Source: Flectonema sp. DT1601
Lineage: Eukaryota
NCBI GenBank assembly: GCA_964019425.1
Contig: OZ025802.1
Coordinates: forward strand, 186,001-250,000
Direction: 5' to 3'
DNA: 64,000 nt
Under the pieces are notes generated by a model, which worked only from the letters and a program-made list of their open reading frames with translations, was not told the origin of the DNA and made no database searches. Positions 13,701 through 23,260 of this stretch are shown in pieces (position 1 is the first letter of the stretch; every line of letters starts with the position of its first letter). A program made the translations under genes and the position numbers.

Positions 13701-16700
13701 CTCCCTTAGCTGGTTTAAACTTTTCAAAAGTAACACTAGAAACTCCGTCAAATATTGATTGAATATTTCCTTGAATCGCCGTCGGGTCTGATGCCTGTGA
13801 CAGAATATCCAGCAGAACAGTTTCAGAAACGAAGTAGAATCGGGGGAAGGCTCTTCGTTTTGTCTCTAAGTAGGATTGAAGTTGTTTTTGACATTGGTCG
13901 AGTTGATCTTTTAAGTTTGGAAGTAAATCTAATAACTCATTATCATAACAGAATCCGATTACATTTTTTTGTTCCTCAGCTTTAGACATTATCTTAACCC
14001 AAGTTTTGTCAATTTGAGCAAAGCGTTTGGCTTCTGCAGGAAGCTGTTTCATAATGTCACCACCAGCAAAGACCGCTTCTAACCAAACCCATGCAGATTG
14101 AACTTCCTGCCAAAGACCAAGTCGTTCACTGACGCTTGATAGTTTAGCCATCCATTCTGTTACATCAGATCTAAACGGGGCGACAAATCTTGATGCAAGC
14201 ATGCTTCCAACTTGGAGTTGACTTTCTTCTAAAGCTTCTTTAATTTGATTCGTCTCATCACCTTTTAATACTAATAATCCTCTGTGTTTGAATTCACCTA
14301 ATACCAATTCAGTGTCTTTCCAATTGCGTTCAATTTCTTTGTATTTTCTTTCGATGTCTGCTTCTTTTTGAGCTGACATTGTTACGTCTTGAACTTCTTC
14401 ATCGAAATTCAATAGTTTCGCGTCTAAGATATTACCCAGTTTGAACAAGTCTTCATCAAGCCTCCATGTAGTGGATGTAATTTGCATTATCGTTTTCCAA
14501 TGTCGTTCTCTCATTGCCGGATGAGCCAGGGCGGATATTATTTCTTCAAGACCAAGGAAGTCATCTATGCAGCGTTTTAATTCTAAATATGCATCCCAAG
14601 TCTTTAGTGCTCTGGGTAGTCGTTGGGCTTGAACTTGAAATCTGTTTACGTCTTCTACGAGTGTTGCGAATCCAGCACCACCTCCTTGTTTAAGTTCAGC
14701 CCATAGGATTTCAGAGTAACCTTTTATGTTTTGAATAACTCTAACGTAAAGCATGTACAGTTTCTCGAGGAGAACGAGTTGTTTTTCTGTTTGAACTAAT
14801 TGAGGGTAGTTGTGAACTGGCATTCCGAAAAGTTCTTCTCCAGCCTGAAATGTTATCCATGATCGTTTGTGATCTTCAAACAGACGTTGGAATTTCTTAA
14901 GTCGTTCCATTGCTTCTGCAGGTGAGATTCCATCACACATCGGACCTGTTAAATCGAATTCAGATCGAAATGCTCCGACTGTTTTACTAAACACTTCTAC
15001 TTCTCGTGTTAGTCTTGCTTTGAATCCGTTTTGAAGTTTGCTGATTTCATCATTTCGTTTTTGTGCGACCATTCGAAGGTTTCTCCAGTGATGCCAAAGT
15101 TCACCAACTTGCTCTTCTTCATCTTTTGGTATGTGAACATCATTAGCCTTAAGCATTTCATACATCTCTTGAACAGGTTCGAATAGAAGGTCGACTTCTG
15201 ATTCTTTTTCACGGATTTCACGGAGTGTGTACATCATCATTCGGAGGTCTTCTAATGAATCGCCTTGATCAATTGGTTGTTCAAGAGCTTTATTATCATT
15301 ATCCATTCTACCTTGAATAGCTGACAGGTCTCTGCTTGCTTGGTTGTGAAGATTTCTAGCATATTGACTCTTCCATTCCTTTGCTTCTTTTTTTAATGAT
15401 GCTTTTAATCTGCTGTTATCAAGTGAAAGAGACCCAATGACATAACGGAGTTGAATACCTCCGATGTCATCCTCGACTCCTTTGTATCTTTTCAATTCTT
15501 GTTCAAAGAGATCAAGTGTCGGTTGTTGTTCTAAAAACTTATCATATTCAGCTTGTTTGTCTAACAACCATAGGTATTCATATCGTTTAAAGCTTCCTAA
15601 GTAATCCATAACTTGCTGTTTAAGACCGTGAATGCCGCCGGTTAAGAGCAACACGACTTTTACAATCTCTTTATTTTTTGCGATTTTTTCAAAAAATGTT
15701 TCAGTGCTATCGACATTGGTCCAAGGTGATATGTATCGACTACACTTTAGAACAGCTGTTGCTGATTGATTTATAGCTTTTTGAACCTCTTCTAGAGAAG
15801 GATGAAGAATTACATGGGGAGAGCTAAGTTCAACATTTACATCAAAAAATGGCTTGTCAACTTGCATGAAGTCCATTCTGTTTCCACGAGTACCAACTCT
15901 CTTTTTGATTAAGTTTAATGAACGAGTAGTGGTTGTGAGGATTGCCTTAAACATTAAAATGTTAAAATGAGTTTTTAAAGCCATCACCTCCGCCGCACAA
16001 TTATCACTAACGACGCCGTTTTCCTTTTGCCCAGAGAGGATGGCAGAGATTACGTCGTCAGCTGCTTGTTCGATTTCTCTGTTTTTTATATCAATAGTCT
16101 CGCTTTGAATTTTTATATGTTTTTCTTGCAGGCATACGAATTGTTCTAAGGAAAATGATTGATTTTCTGGTAAGTTAACCAACAACGTCGATGAAATGAA
16201 TTTTAAATTCGCTTGAATTCGATTTTGAATTATATTGTTAACCTGACTAACGACTGTACCGAGTTTCTGAAGACCAGCGTGAACCCTACTGATGTAGCTG
16301 TCGATATTTAGTGACGTCCATGTTAACGAGACTTCACCAGGTTTTATCATCGTGTTTAGTATATCTAAATTCTTAGTCATCAGTTGTTTCGTCACTGGAA
16401 CGATTTTTGAAATCACATAATCGTATTCTTTTATTGCGTATGTTAGTTGGCCATAAAAAACTTTAAATTTCGTATCTTGCATCATAACGATGACAGCTGA
16501 TGGAGGAATAACAATATCCATTCTGGTAATCGCTCTAGCCTCTTTTATTAGCTGTAGAACTTCTAAGTCGAAATTTACAAACAAACGACCTTCATTCCTT
16601 ACAAGTAGTGTTGCATTTAATCCGCTTCTCAGATTTTCAACGTCGTGTTTCCAAGCTGCTAACCACACTGTCTCATATTCTATCAGGGCTCGTGCTATTT

Positions 16701-18690
16701 TATTGTAGGTTCGAATTATTTTTTTTGATTCTTTCTGAGATCCCATGATACTTTTATTTCCTTTGAAATTTTGCATCGGAAACTCAATTCGTCGTAGTAG
16801 CTGTCTTCCCCATGTTATGCAACCCGCAACAGGAGTGATGTTGCGAACCATTGGAGGTGAATGTCTCATACGATCGTACATTTTTTGGACGTTTTCAAGA
16901 TCAAGTCCATAGTTGTGAAAAATAACCATATACTTGGACTCTAAATCCGATCGTAGAGTGTCTCTGTTCAATATCAGCTTAAATTTTTTTAACAAAGCCA
17001 AAGCATTTTCAGTTGATGTTATGTTTTCAAACGAACTGTTTATGAATACCTGAAGAGAACTTTCAAGTTCGGTTATGTTTTTATTGAACTCTATGAACGC
17101 TTTGTCGAATGTCGGTGTCGATTGATCAAGAGGATCGTGACTCGATTTCTTTTTTAAATCTTCAACATGATCATGAAACCTCAGTATCAACTGACTCATT
17201 CCATCTATATTGTATTCATCTAAATATTTAAATTGTTCTATTGTGTCGAATACCTCAATTAGCTTTAAGACCCTTTTACAAAATAACTCAAATTTACCAA
17301 AAATATGCAACTCTCTCGTTGCTACACTTGCAAATTGTCTTCCTCCAGTTTGCTGTTCAAGTCTGAGTGAGGCTGAACGAAATTCATCGACATAACAACC
17401 TTTTAAGGCTATACATGCGTTTAGTCTTTCTATCAGTCCTCTTAGGGATTGCGTATTGCAAGTTTGTGACCAAAGATGAGACGCGCTTAGTTGACCTTGT
17501 CTGATGTCGTTTTTACATGCGACGATTAGTTGGTTTGTTATTTTACAAAATAATACCATCATGTGTTTTTCAGTGTTGTAGTATCTCGCAATGGTGTACA
17601 TGATTTGAATATTGTTGACGAGTGATGGAAGAATATTTAGCAGTACCGTTGGAGACTCCTTCTCCAGAGCTTCGAAATACTTTTCCAATGAAGACAAATA
17701 GCGAACGTTTTCCTTGGCTTCACTACCTCCGTCAGTTAGTTTCGAATCAAGTTCTCTCCATTGTTTTAGAACTGGTGATCGAGCAGCAGCGAGTACTCCA
17801 GCAACCTGTTTGACATCTGGTGCTGAAAGTTGTGTTGTTAAATTATTAAATTTAGCACAGCGTTCTTTCCACCATTTTAATTCAGTCGATGGACCAATGT
17901 CTTCAGGTATGTTCTGTGGTTCTAGTTCAGAGTATTCGGGTTTTTCATAGATCAGTCTTGATGCTGCACTAATCCATCCTTCAATAGCACCCTCGAATTG
18001 CTTTACGAGTTTAGTGTCGGTTGCTGCTTTCATGAAATTCGCATTTGGAGGAAGGCTTCTCATTGAAGCAGCATCAGGCATTACGATAGTTTCTGCGTGG
18101 AGTTGGTTTTCTGATAACTCCTCGAGTTTATCAGTCAGGAGTCGAAGTGATTCATGAAAAACATCTCTTTGAGAAGGAGAGACTTTTCCCAGTCTACTTT
18201 GCTTCAAGAGAAGTGGTTCATATAGTATTTTTGTTTGTTGTCTGTGAAAGTCTAAATACGTTCGATTTCGTTCACCCTTCTCTATTGGATCAGTTATAAG
18301 ATCAATGATTTGAACGTGAAGTTCATTAGTCATTTCTAACTCTTTAGTTGATATAGGTTTCTGTTGACCTTTTGAATCATACGGACTTAGTCTAGAAGCA
18401 ACTACAGTTCTTTGTTTCATCACAAGTGCTTGTGATGAAACAGCTATGTCACTGTCTGAATTCAAATAAAAAAACAAACTTCCCCCACTCGGTGTTCCAT
18501 CCGTGTCTGAACCTCTTAAGAAAGCATCAATAGACTTGACATAGCTGGTATTTCTGTAAATAACTTGCTCAATACTTTTTAAATGATCGGTAGCTACAGG
18601 ACCTTCCAACCCATGACATACTAAGAAAGCATCAGATACTCGCTGCAAGAGATACTTTCTTGTGGTTTCCAAGTCCTTTGAAGCAGCCAT
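4783..18690 (-). CDS. DNAH5: Axonemal dynein heavy chain, outer-arm gamma type (DNAH5/DNAH8-like), intronless
   Basis: ~4635-aa uninterrupted ORF with four P-loops (GPAGTGKT, GPAGVGKT, GGSGTAKT, GVGGSGKQ), CFDEFNR, stalk coiled-coil and C-terminal WQLRGVCLLC. The GTAKT P3 loop and long N-terminal tail fit the gamma/DNAH5-8 class. First ATG is at 18690; the track's start at 18714 is TTG. Confidence 0.92.
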   Translation of the reverse strand: MAASKDLETTRKYLLQRVSDAFLVCHGLEGPVATDHLKSIEQVIYRNTSYVKSIDAFLRGSDTDGTPSGGSLFFYLNSDSDIAVSSQALVMKQRTVVASRLSPYDSKGQQKPISTKELEMTNELHVQIIDLITDPIEKGERNRTYLDFHRQQTKILYEPLLLKQSRLGKVSPSQRDVFHESLRLLTDKLEELSENQLHAETIVMPDAASMRSLPPNANFMKAATDTKLVKQFEGAIEGWISAASRLIYEKPEYSELEPQNIPEDIGPSTELKWWKERCAKFNNLTTQLSAPDVKQVAGVLAAARSPVLKQWRELDSKLTDGGSEAKENVRYLSSLEKYFEALEKESPTVLLNILPSLVNNIQIMYTIARYYNTEKHMMVLFCKITNQLIVACKNDIRQGQLSASHLWSQTCNTQSLRGLIERLNACIALKGCYVDEFRSASLRLEQQTGGRQFASVATRELHIFGKFELFCKRVLKLIEVFDTIEQFKYLDEYNIDGMSQLILRFHDHVEDLKKKSSHDPLDQSTPTFDKAFIEFNKNITELESSLQVFINSSFENITSTENALALLKKFKLILNRDTLRSDLESKYMVIFHNYGLDLENVQKMYDRMRHSPPMVRNITPVAGCITWGRQLLRRIEFPMQNFKGNKSIMGSQKESKKIIRTYNKIARALIEYETVWLAAWKHDVENLRSGLNATLLVRNEGRLFVNFDLEVLQLIKEARAITRMDIVIPPSAVIVMMQDTKFKVFYGQLTYAIKEYDYVISKIVPVTKQLMTKNLDILNTMIKPGEVSLTWTSLNIDSYISRVHAGLQKLGTVVSQVNNIIQNRIQANLKFISSTLLVNLPENQSFSLEQFVCLQEKHIKIQSETIDIKNREIEQAADDVISAILSGQKENGVVSDNCAAEVMALKTHFNILMFKAILTTTTRSLNLIKKRVGTRGNRMDFMQVDKPFFDVNVELSSPHVILHPSLEEVQKAINQSATAVLKCSRYISPWTNVDSTETFFEKIAKNKEIVKVVLLLTGGIHGLKQQVMDYLGSFKRYEYLWLLDKQAEYDKFLEQQPTLDLFEQELKRYKGVEDDIGGIQLRYVIGSLSLDNSRLKASLKKEAKEWKSQYARNLHNQASRDLSAIQGRMDNDNKALEQPIDQGDSLEDLRMMMYTLREIREKESEVDLLFEPVQEMYEMLKANDVHIPKDEEEQVGELWHHWRNLRMVAQKRNDEISKLQNGFKARLTREVEVFSKTVGAFRSEFDLTGPMCDGISPAEAMERLKKFQRLFEDHKRSWITFQAGEELFGMPVHNYPQLVQTEKQLVLLEKLYMLYVRVIQNIKGYSEILWAELKQGGGAGFATLVEDVNRFQVQAQRLPRALKTWDAYLELKRCIDDFLGLEEIISALAHPAMRERHWKTIMQITSTTWRLDEDLFKLGNILDAKLLNFDEEVQDVTMSAQKEADIERKYKEIERNWKDTELVLGEFKHRGLLVLKGDETNQIKEALEESQLQVGSMLASRFVAPFRSDVTEWMAKLSSVSERLGLWQEVQSAWVWLEAVFAGGDIMKQLPAEAKRFAQIDKTWVKIMSKAEEQKNVIGFCYDNELLDLLPNLKDQLDQCQKQLQSYLETKRRAFPRFYFVSETVLLDILSQASDPTAIQGNIQSIFDGVSSVTFEKFKPAKGETGTGVIKIVKLHSPEGETLPLLEPVPCVGNVECWLLALVHQMCLTVKESAKQASNEVEKLQGQLRLFDQCLQTYVAQISLLVVQLLWTQDVQDFLTASKGEQKQLREAADRRISDLKEMLVDMTRTDLQKTERINIETLITIHVHQQDVWKCPAGKGDIPLRKVRDASQFDWLKQARFYFFSEKEEIIIKIADADTVYCNEYLGVKERLVITPLTDRCYITLSQALAMKLGGAPAGPAGTGKTETTKDLARTYGKLCIVTNCSDQLDYKAMGKIIKGLSQANAWGCFDEFNRIDLPVLSVVAQQIQSVLNGLKAHKTEFVFPDKDIVALKAGVGFFITMNPGYAGRQELPENLKILFRGVTMMVPDRQAIMKVKLGGQGYKEDDLLSQKFFLLYNLCEQQLSKQRHYDFGLRNILSVLRTAGSVLRKAVVKDEPFLFMRTLRDMNMSKLVFDDIDLFNSLLQDLFPGKNPDKNSYAEVEKALKHHVNEMGLIYHPPWVAKCIQLYETKLVRHGLMVVGPAGVGKTCIFQSVLKTLCDIDEKLGGMKHNEMRMNPKAITAPQMFGKLDAGTGDWHDGIFSSLWRQACAKTRRQEGKKPLAVWLVCDGPVDAIWIENLNTVLDDNKLLTLASGDRLNMTDNMKVCFEPENLNNASPATVSRAGIVFVSEAELGGALGRGEWIPWNPVIRAKLFAFRKDERIVPIDCPTVLSKEVSETLMSMYEKHVDSAIKFCNKECTILMQTGIAHQLINSYFLLLPLLAECEGTPSKSLLEKIFWFTLSWSFAGLLDSDDRERFHDDFVKQHCKTIPEETIFDYKVDVKNDCWIHWNELVSEWKYPGDKKMAEDFATLFIPTLDSTRLNYLMLRGYLNKRPCLLFGGSGTAKTVTMENFLSAINKVDAIAPETRELMIYKKINFSFMTSPGLFQASLLDNMEKRQGKFYGPKRNKHLTLFIDDTAMPEVNEWGDQITNEIVRQVIEEKRLYSLEKAGELIHLVDVQYAAAMGIPGGGKNDVPNRLKRHFSMYFVPLPSDQSLQQIFGVIISSRFHQSGENGKYSPAALEVADQLTAMSLTFWKRLQGKMLPTPAKFHYNFNLRDLASVVQGICMSTRMIIKDEFTLVNLWRHECCRVFSDKLNSESDKAWYDTEIVSCIKEFLGESIAQQCALPTYWVNFLREADIDPETGETIEEAPMLYEPVESMEALRSKLHVRMSTYNEAGENKTRKLSLVLFDAAIKHVTRIVRILSTKRGNVLLVGVGGSGKQSLTRLSASIHGHRTFQITVTKSYGINQLFDDIREQYTYAGTRGEVCFIFTDNEIKSEQFLEYINGFLSSGEIPGLYSTDEKDAVVNDIRMPAKKESGRDFQDTGDWLWKFFVNKVRSRLHFVLCMSPVGEKFRTRARKFPSLISGCSINWFFPWPEAALLDVSKQRIGTFQIETDQQTKQHLMQFMAALHRLMLSMSEEYFLRFRRSVFSTPKSYLSFLESYLVVYQQKFEQINVLADNIGGGLQKLHQAGEDVRLMKINLAEKEANLQVATKETDTLLLEITEATGVAEKKESEVGAVKEMLSRDAQKVQAVKDDAEQDLEAAKPMLEAANKALDSIDPKALQNVKKLSNPPALVKRILDGVCILLHDPMENKHCEAVPEKGGSWIRDSWEAGRKFLSDMKAIDRLVAFKAVAEGGNGKKDQINEETCELLLPYLYMEAWNGETATKSAKDVAGMCLWVRAMYDYIGIAKFVQPKMEALREAEAQLRIANRKLDEKEAELHLVQEDRAKCQAKLDAAKAKKQALEDDALTTKKRMDAANGLIDALSGERERWTTQSNEFKERVRRLVGDVALSCAFISYCGPFNAEFRHTLLTEHFYNMCVKLKIPVTDSISVVKFLTTESQITDWQIEGLPSDDHSVQNAIMITTNLGNKKTGKYPLIIDPQGQGLKWLRSRYSESVVTQFSDKKFPDHLSTQLQDGKCLIIENCVESIDPIIDPVLDKQIIRAGRMQNIIINDKAHDYDDNFKLAMATRLPNPLFTPELFAKTLVVDMTVTMQGLEQQLLGQVIGKEKHELEEERAKLIEEVNNNEKRLKEFEDRLLAQLAASKGNLIDDDELIATLADAKKASAEIKEKLLVAQETRKRINSASEEYRPVALRGSVLYFLIVDMSNVSTMYQTSLPQFSKLFDDSIANSEPAQLTTKRITNIINLMTKIIFEYITRGLFSRHRLLFVLTMACKIKLNARDGTRLSHDAFQTLLKGGAALSINEARVKPFQWLPDKAWLNILALSEGAPKTFKVLPDYVSRTEKAWREWYDIESPESTPVPDIDDKLEPFERLLVVRALREDRAMLAALNYVSTVLGKEYAEPLQLDFEAVIDTTVGLTPIIFLLSQGSDPSSLIEASAKRRKKQIIPQGGISMGQGQEQAAMDATFAALAGSGEWALLQNCHLGLKFLEDLEDTLVKLDPEAVGEEARILITSEPHSKFPIGLLQISIKLTNEPPPGIKASMKRSYGWFNQETLDGYRRPEWRPMLFAQCFIHSNVVERRKFGPIGFCIPYEFNQGDWQASVQFLQNHMATIGEDVKKGASVSWVTIRYMVSEIQYGGRITDNKDRVMFNTICEVNMNSSVCDPGFEFYQGYGIPTYEEYVRHKEFLELYPEVDPPEAFGLHSNADIIYRTRQSQHTLNTILDIQPRGASGGGGKSPEQIVIDMADDFLKRLPSPWKLDAVRELMKKIDDKKPLNIFCRQEVERLNVCIKLIYDTLKDLKLAIAGIVVMSTDLQSARDSLYDAKVPAKWVTVSWPSPTMGLWFEEVLTRQRQLDLWTKEDRPAKYWLTGFYNPQGFLTSVRQEVTRAHKSEGWALDDVSLRTEVQKVEKHEVERPPQEGVFIHGLYLEGAGWDKVRQRLRDPAPKDPPKELPILYVTAVQGDDTRRPPPGGAKGKEKMAKYDCPVYKYSTRNDINWIFDVSLACEDLDGISAKNFWQLRGVCLLCSVD

Positions 18691-19228
18691 GTTGCTGGTG
18701 TTTAGTTCATTCAAAAGACGTTTTTTTTTTTTTTTTTTTTTTTTTTTCTGACAGTAGAAGCAAAGGAGTTAAAGAACAATAAAAACAATAATAAATAATG
18801 TGAGAACCACCCGCATGATTCCGAGATAAGTCAGTACAGAAGTCTATATCGATACCGCAGTCAACATGTTTGCTTAGGTCTGATGAGTAAATTAAATTCG
18901 TAATAAAAAACAACATATCCACAACATATTCATGCAACAGACAAGGCACGCATTCACACCATCATCAAGGAGGGAATTAGTTGTCTCAGGTTTGCTTTAT
19001 TCTCAAGTGTTTTTATGGGAAAAGTTGCTGCTTTGGTCAGAGCATACCCTCCCACCAAGGGTGTCATCACCTGTAAGGGCAATATGAAGACAGAATCAGA
19101 TGAGAAAAGACTCGACAGCTTTTTTTTTATTTATTTATTTTTTTTGTTTTTTAAATTAATTTGACAAGCCTGCGCAGTCTATCATCAGTTATAAGAATTC
19201 TACTTATTTTTGTTTTTTTCCTTCCTCC

Positions 19229-19726
19229 TTACTCTTCTTTTATGTTACGCTTAACATGAACTGTCGGATTGCGATATTCTGGAATAGCTCCAAAAAAAAA
19301 CATGCTGAAATTAATAAAGTGAAAAGTTGCACAAACAATGCAAAAATCCTTCAAAATAAATTTCAATACGTATAGTAAGTAAGCAGAAAACACTATACCA
19401 CAACAAGATAACAACATCAACAAGACATGCGGCATTGGAAACATTCCAGCTAGTTTGGTTGGATACAAAGCATAAATCGCATAGTTAACAAGACCAGCAG
19501 AAGCTAACGATAAATCCAAAGGATGACCCTTAGGAACAATTCCCCATAATGACAGTATGTGTGCGTAAGGTGATGAAAACACCGCGCTGCAGCTTCCCCA
19601 TTCTGAATCACAGGCCGGTTTGTAGAATGGTCCAGCACTTTTTAACTTCCACTCAACATCAAGGGCGTATCCAGATATGAGAACTCCAGCTATTCCTAGC
19701 AGTGAAATGATAAAACCTGATCCCAT
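19229..19726 (-). CDS. VKORC1: Vitamin K epoxide reductase family protein
   Basis: 165 aa with several TM helices, loop cysteines YKPACD...SCSAVFSS and the redox motif CIVC in LKDFCIVC. Confidence 0.88.
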   Translation of the reverse strand: MGSGFIISLLGIAGVLISGYALDVEWKLKSAGPFYKPACDSEWGSCSAVFSSPYAHILSLWGIVPKGHPLDLSLASAGLVNYAIYALYPTKLAGMFPMPHVLLMLLSCCGIVFSAYLLYVLKFILKDFCIVCATFHFINFSMFFFGAIPEYRNPTVHVKRNIKEE

Positions 19727-20070
19727 GTTGTTATTATTTATTTTATTTTTTTTAAAAGATCTTGCTGATGAGAATTATTTTCTTCACACAAACATAATAA
19801 ATAAAACAGCTCTTTAATCTGAAATAGTTTCTTCTCCGACTTTTGTCGGTGCAAAAAAAAAAAACCTTAATTATTATTTCTACTAACTAAACAGACTTTA
19901 AAAAAAAATATCAAAACCAAAATAGTACAACAAAAAAGAAAAAAATCATACAGTCCTTGACAATGTGATGGTTTTTCCAAAGTGTTTGTTTTTTTAACAA
20001 TAAATCTAAATAATGACTACAGTAAGAGCAAAAAAAAAAAAAAAAAAAAAAAAAAATTGCTTAAATATAT

Positions 20071-20898
20071 CTAACTAGCGACTCCTCGCCTTGCTATTCC
20101 TTTTGGTATAATTCCGATACCGAGATCTTCTATTGTCGGTGGCTTATACAGATCTGAATTATCAGCATGCATGAATCCGGGTTCTTGTGTGTCATATCTT
20201 GTAACAGGAAAAGGAGGAAAGTATTCATCACGAGCGTTGTAATCAGATTGTCGAGTGTTTGCTGTTCTGAGAGGACCGTGATAAGGTTCAATTCCCGAAC
20301 TTGGTTGATAATCCTGTTGATTATATCGATGATGACCTCCCATGTTTTGGTTAGCAAAGTTCGGTCTTTGTCGACGTAATCTCGAACCCATACACCTCCC
20401 AACTATGAATAACCAAACTCTAAAGAATGAATTCAAGAATGAAACCACTGTCACCATATACGACATAATCCAAAGAGTATCTATGAAGCCATGCTTTACT
20501 ACTACATCTGTTTCAATACAGAACATTGGTAAGTCACAGAACAGTAGGTTAATGACCAGTCCTACAGCTCTTCTAGAAGATACAACTACATCAGGGTATC
20601 CACGAATGCTCCACATGTGAAAAGGAGATACGAAAACAAGAAAAACAATCGCAGCCATCGTTGAAAGAATCGTGTATGCAATTTTTTGACCGTCAGAGGG
20701 TTCATCATAATCCCACACAACACTAATTATCACACAGAGAATGATGTGAGTAAAATGCAACACCAAGTGAATTACGGTTTCTACTTGTGAAAATGTCAAT
20801 CCCCAACATTCATCACCAATCTCACTGTGTTCAACAGGTTCATCTACAGGTGCGTAGTTTCCCGTACCGTATGACGATCCTTCGTTGAAGCTCGCCAT
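20071..20898 (-). CDS. Hypothetical multi-pass membrane protein
   Basis: 275-aa ORF with about four hydrophobic segments and a hydrophilic C-terminal tail; no family recognised. Confidence 0.65.
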   Translation of the reverse strand: MASFNEGSSYGTGNYAPVDEPVEHSEIGDECWGLTFSQVETVIHLVLHFTHIILCVIISVVWDYDEPSDGQKIAYTILSTMAAIVFLVFVSPFHMWSIRGYPDVVVSSRRAVGLVINLLFCDLPMFCIETDVVVKHGFIDTLWIMSYMVTVVSFLNSFFRVWLFIVGRCMGSRLRRQRPNFANQNMGGHHRYNQQDYQPSSGIEPYHGPLRTANTRQSDYNARDEYFPPFPVTRYDTQEPGFMHADNSDLYKPPTIEDLGIGIIPKGIARRGVAS

Positions 20899-21252
20899 AT
20901 ATACATTCTGTAGGGGGAATTATAATAGACTAAGAGAGAGATACTTATCCATGCTGCTATCCAATTAATCTATTCTGTACTGTGAAGAGATAAAATAAGT
21001 AACCATTATCAACATGAAAAAAAACAAATAAGGTACAGCAACAAAACAAACGTCACCCAGCTACTGCTAAAGTGAACTCTGTAAGGGAAGAGGCAGGAGC
21101 CCCCCTCATTATCATTCATGCTCACAATTCGGAGCAGAATATGTTCAGAAAAGAAATGAACATCAATTAGGGGAAAGAGAAGGAAGGGTAATCTACAGTA
21201 CAATAATTATTCTTAAATATTAATTAAAAAGGATACACAGAAATGATATCCA

Positions 21253-22389
21253 TCACAAAGATGAATTACTCATCCAAATACCCGAGACAGGTGATGGCAA
21301 AGACGCTGATGGTGTTGGAGATGCGACGCTGTACGCTCCTCCTCCAAAAACTGGCAACTCCTCAGGAGAGAATTGTGAAGCAGTTGTGAATGGCAGATTT
21401 GTATCTGAACTCGTAGTCACACTAAAGCCTCTTCGTAGGATTGAACTATCCTCCGAATACAGTCGATGTGATTGCACTACAGGTCTCCTGTACTGATACT
21501 GAGAGTCAAAAACTGTTCTAACAGGAAGTGGAGATAATCTGTTAGTGGATGTGATACTTGTGGTAGCAGCACCCACTTTCGATTCAAACACTCCACCAGT
21601 ACTCGCTGGGACTTGAGAAACATATCTTTCTTGTGGAGTAGTCAACGCACTGAATTGTTTTATCCCACTACTCTTACCTGTATGAAAACTACCTGGGATA
21701 GTATCAGAGGTATTATGTTGTGAATTTAAACTTGGGTTTGGGTTGTTTAGACTGGAAATTGGATCTGGTGACAGACGCGACGTAAACGTATTTTCAAAAA
21801 CTGATCCGCTCTTTTGATCTGAGACGACATACGATGGCTTTGATTGAAATACTTCAGCAGGTGGTATTTGTAGTGACTCCACACTCATCGTGTCTACTGG
21901 AGGTATAGTAGTGTCAGAGGCAGAAGCAGAACCAGTTGGAGTCCCGACAGTAAAATCAACGTGAAGCGCATGCATTATCGCTTCTTGGTATGTCCGTTCT
22001 CGTGCTTCTGATCCAAAAAATGGAGCGTGCTCCTTACCAGGAGTACCTTCGACTAGGTTTATGCTATAAGCCATGTCTCGTTCGGCAGTTTCTCTGTCTG
22101 TGTGGGACTTTATATTGTGTAGGAGTGCTTCGTGTTTTTTCAGTTGTTTATTTTGTAAATTAATTAGAAGTTTTCGTTCTTTCTCAGCAGCTTCTCCGAC
22201 TGTTGCTGCTTCGTGAACTAATCCAACTAAGGCTTCTTCAACTTCCATTCTGTCTTGGTCCCATTCTCGTTCATCGGCTACTAGACCCGCCAGCTCTTCA
22301 CGTAGCTCTTTTCGATACTTTTTTCTTGACTCAAATTCTTCCCGGAGTTTCCACGGGCCTTTTCCGGTGCATCTATAAGGCAATACCAT
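21253..22389 (-). CDS. Hypothetical protein (N-terminal coiled coil, Ser/Thr/Pro-rich tail)
   Basis: Protein-like sequence begins at MVLPYRC (ATG 22389), directly after an ACAACAACAG acceptor-like site. The upstream part of the tracked ORF looks non-coding. Confidence 0.65.
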   Translation of the reverse strand: MVLPYRCTGKGPWKLREEFESRKKYRKELREELAGLVADEREWDQDRMEVEEALVGLVHEAATVGEAAEKERKLLINLQNKQLKKHEALLHNIKSHTDRETAERDMAYSINLVEGTPGKEHAPFFGSEARERTYQEAIMHALHVDFTVGTPTGSASASDTTIPPVDTMSVESLQIPPAEVFQSKPSYVVSDQKSGSVFENTFTSRLSPDPISSLNNPNPSLNSQHNTSDTIPGSFHTGKSSGIKQFSALTTPQERYVSQVPASTGGVFESKVGAATTSITSTNRLSPLPVRTVFDSQYQYRRPVVQSHRLYSEDSSILRRGFSVTTSSDTNLPFTTASQFSPEELPVFGGGAYSVASPTPSASLPSPVSGIWMSNSSL

Positions 22390-23101
22390 CCTGTTGTTGT
22401 TTAAATAATAGCTATTAAAAATATAACTCCGACTGGATTTCTTAGAATATATACAAAAATTACCTGGATGACCGTCATGTGAGGCTGTTTTTTTAAAAAG
22501 AACTAAAGCTACGAGACAATCGTTAAAGAGAATACACACAAACATATATCTCATTGGACTTCAGGAGAGGCCACGAGAACAAGAATATGTACCCAAAGAA
22601 AAGGGAATGTAAAGTACTTGTTCTACAAAAACAGAGATAAACACAAGGGGAATTGGACGAGTGCTGGATATCAAAGAGCAACGGAAAACGCCTGGGATCG
22701 AGGGCAAGATCACTCACTGAAAAAATAAAATGCAACAACTGAAATATAAACATCAGTAAATACATTTTATTACACAGATTTATGAAATTTTGGAAGTAAA
22801 AAAAAAAAAAAAAAAAGTTCGGGGGAAAAAAATAACGATTCCTTGTTTAGTAAGCCGACCTTCTACAGGAATCGACTTGGTCTAGAGCTGCAAAAAGACA
22901 CAATATTCATGTCGTAAAGTAGACATTTAATTCGAATGATAAAAATCGGGTTTTGGTTTAAATCTGACAGCTTTCCTTCAAAGAACTGGGTAGTTATATA
23001 TTCGCATTGCTTCTTTTCACAATTACTTCATCTGCTATCTCGCTCCGTTTGTACTTAGAAGAGACTAAAGAACGGAAAAAACTAATAAATAATATTAAAT
23101 T

Positions 23102-23134
<33 letters not shown>

Positions 23135-23213
23135 GGGACAAAGTTACCTAAACAAGTGTTGTATTACAAAAAAAAATCAAAACGTTTTTTTTTTTTAATT
23201 TTTATTTTTTTTT

Positions 23214-23260
23214 GGGAAAACCTCTAATTCAACAAAAATAGTTTGCGAAATCGCCAACTC
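23214..23260 (+). repeat. Left terminal inverted repeat
   Basis: GGGAAAACCTCTAATTCAACAAAAATAGTTTGCGAAATCGCCAACTC, the reverse complement of 24866-24912 with 2 mismatches. Confidence 0.92.

Noticed and set aside
18691..18714. TTG start for dynein; likewise N-terminal extensions of the ORFs starting at 4307, 22554 and 58672
   Set aside because: Eukaryotic context. Downstream ATGs give sensible N-termini or signal peptides, and the extensions read like UTR sequence.
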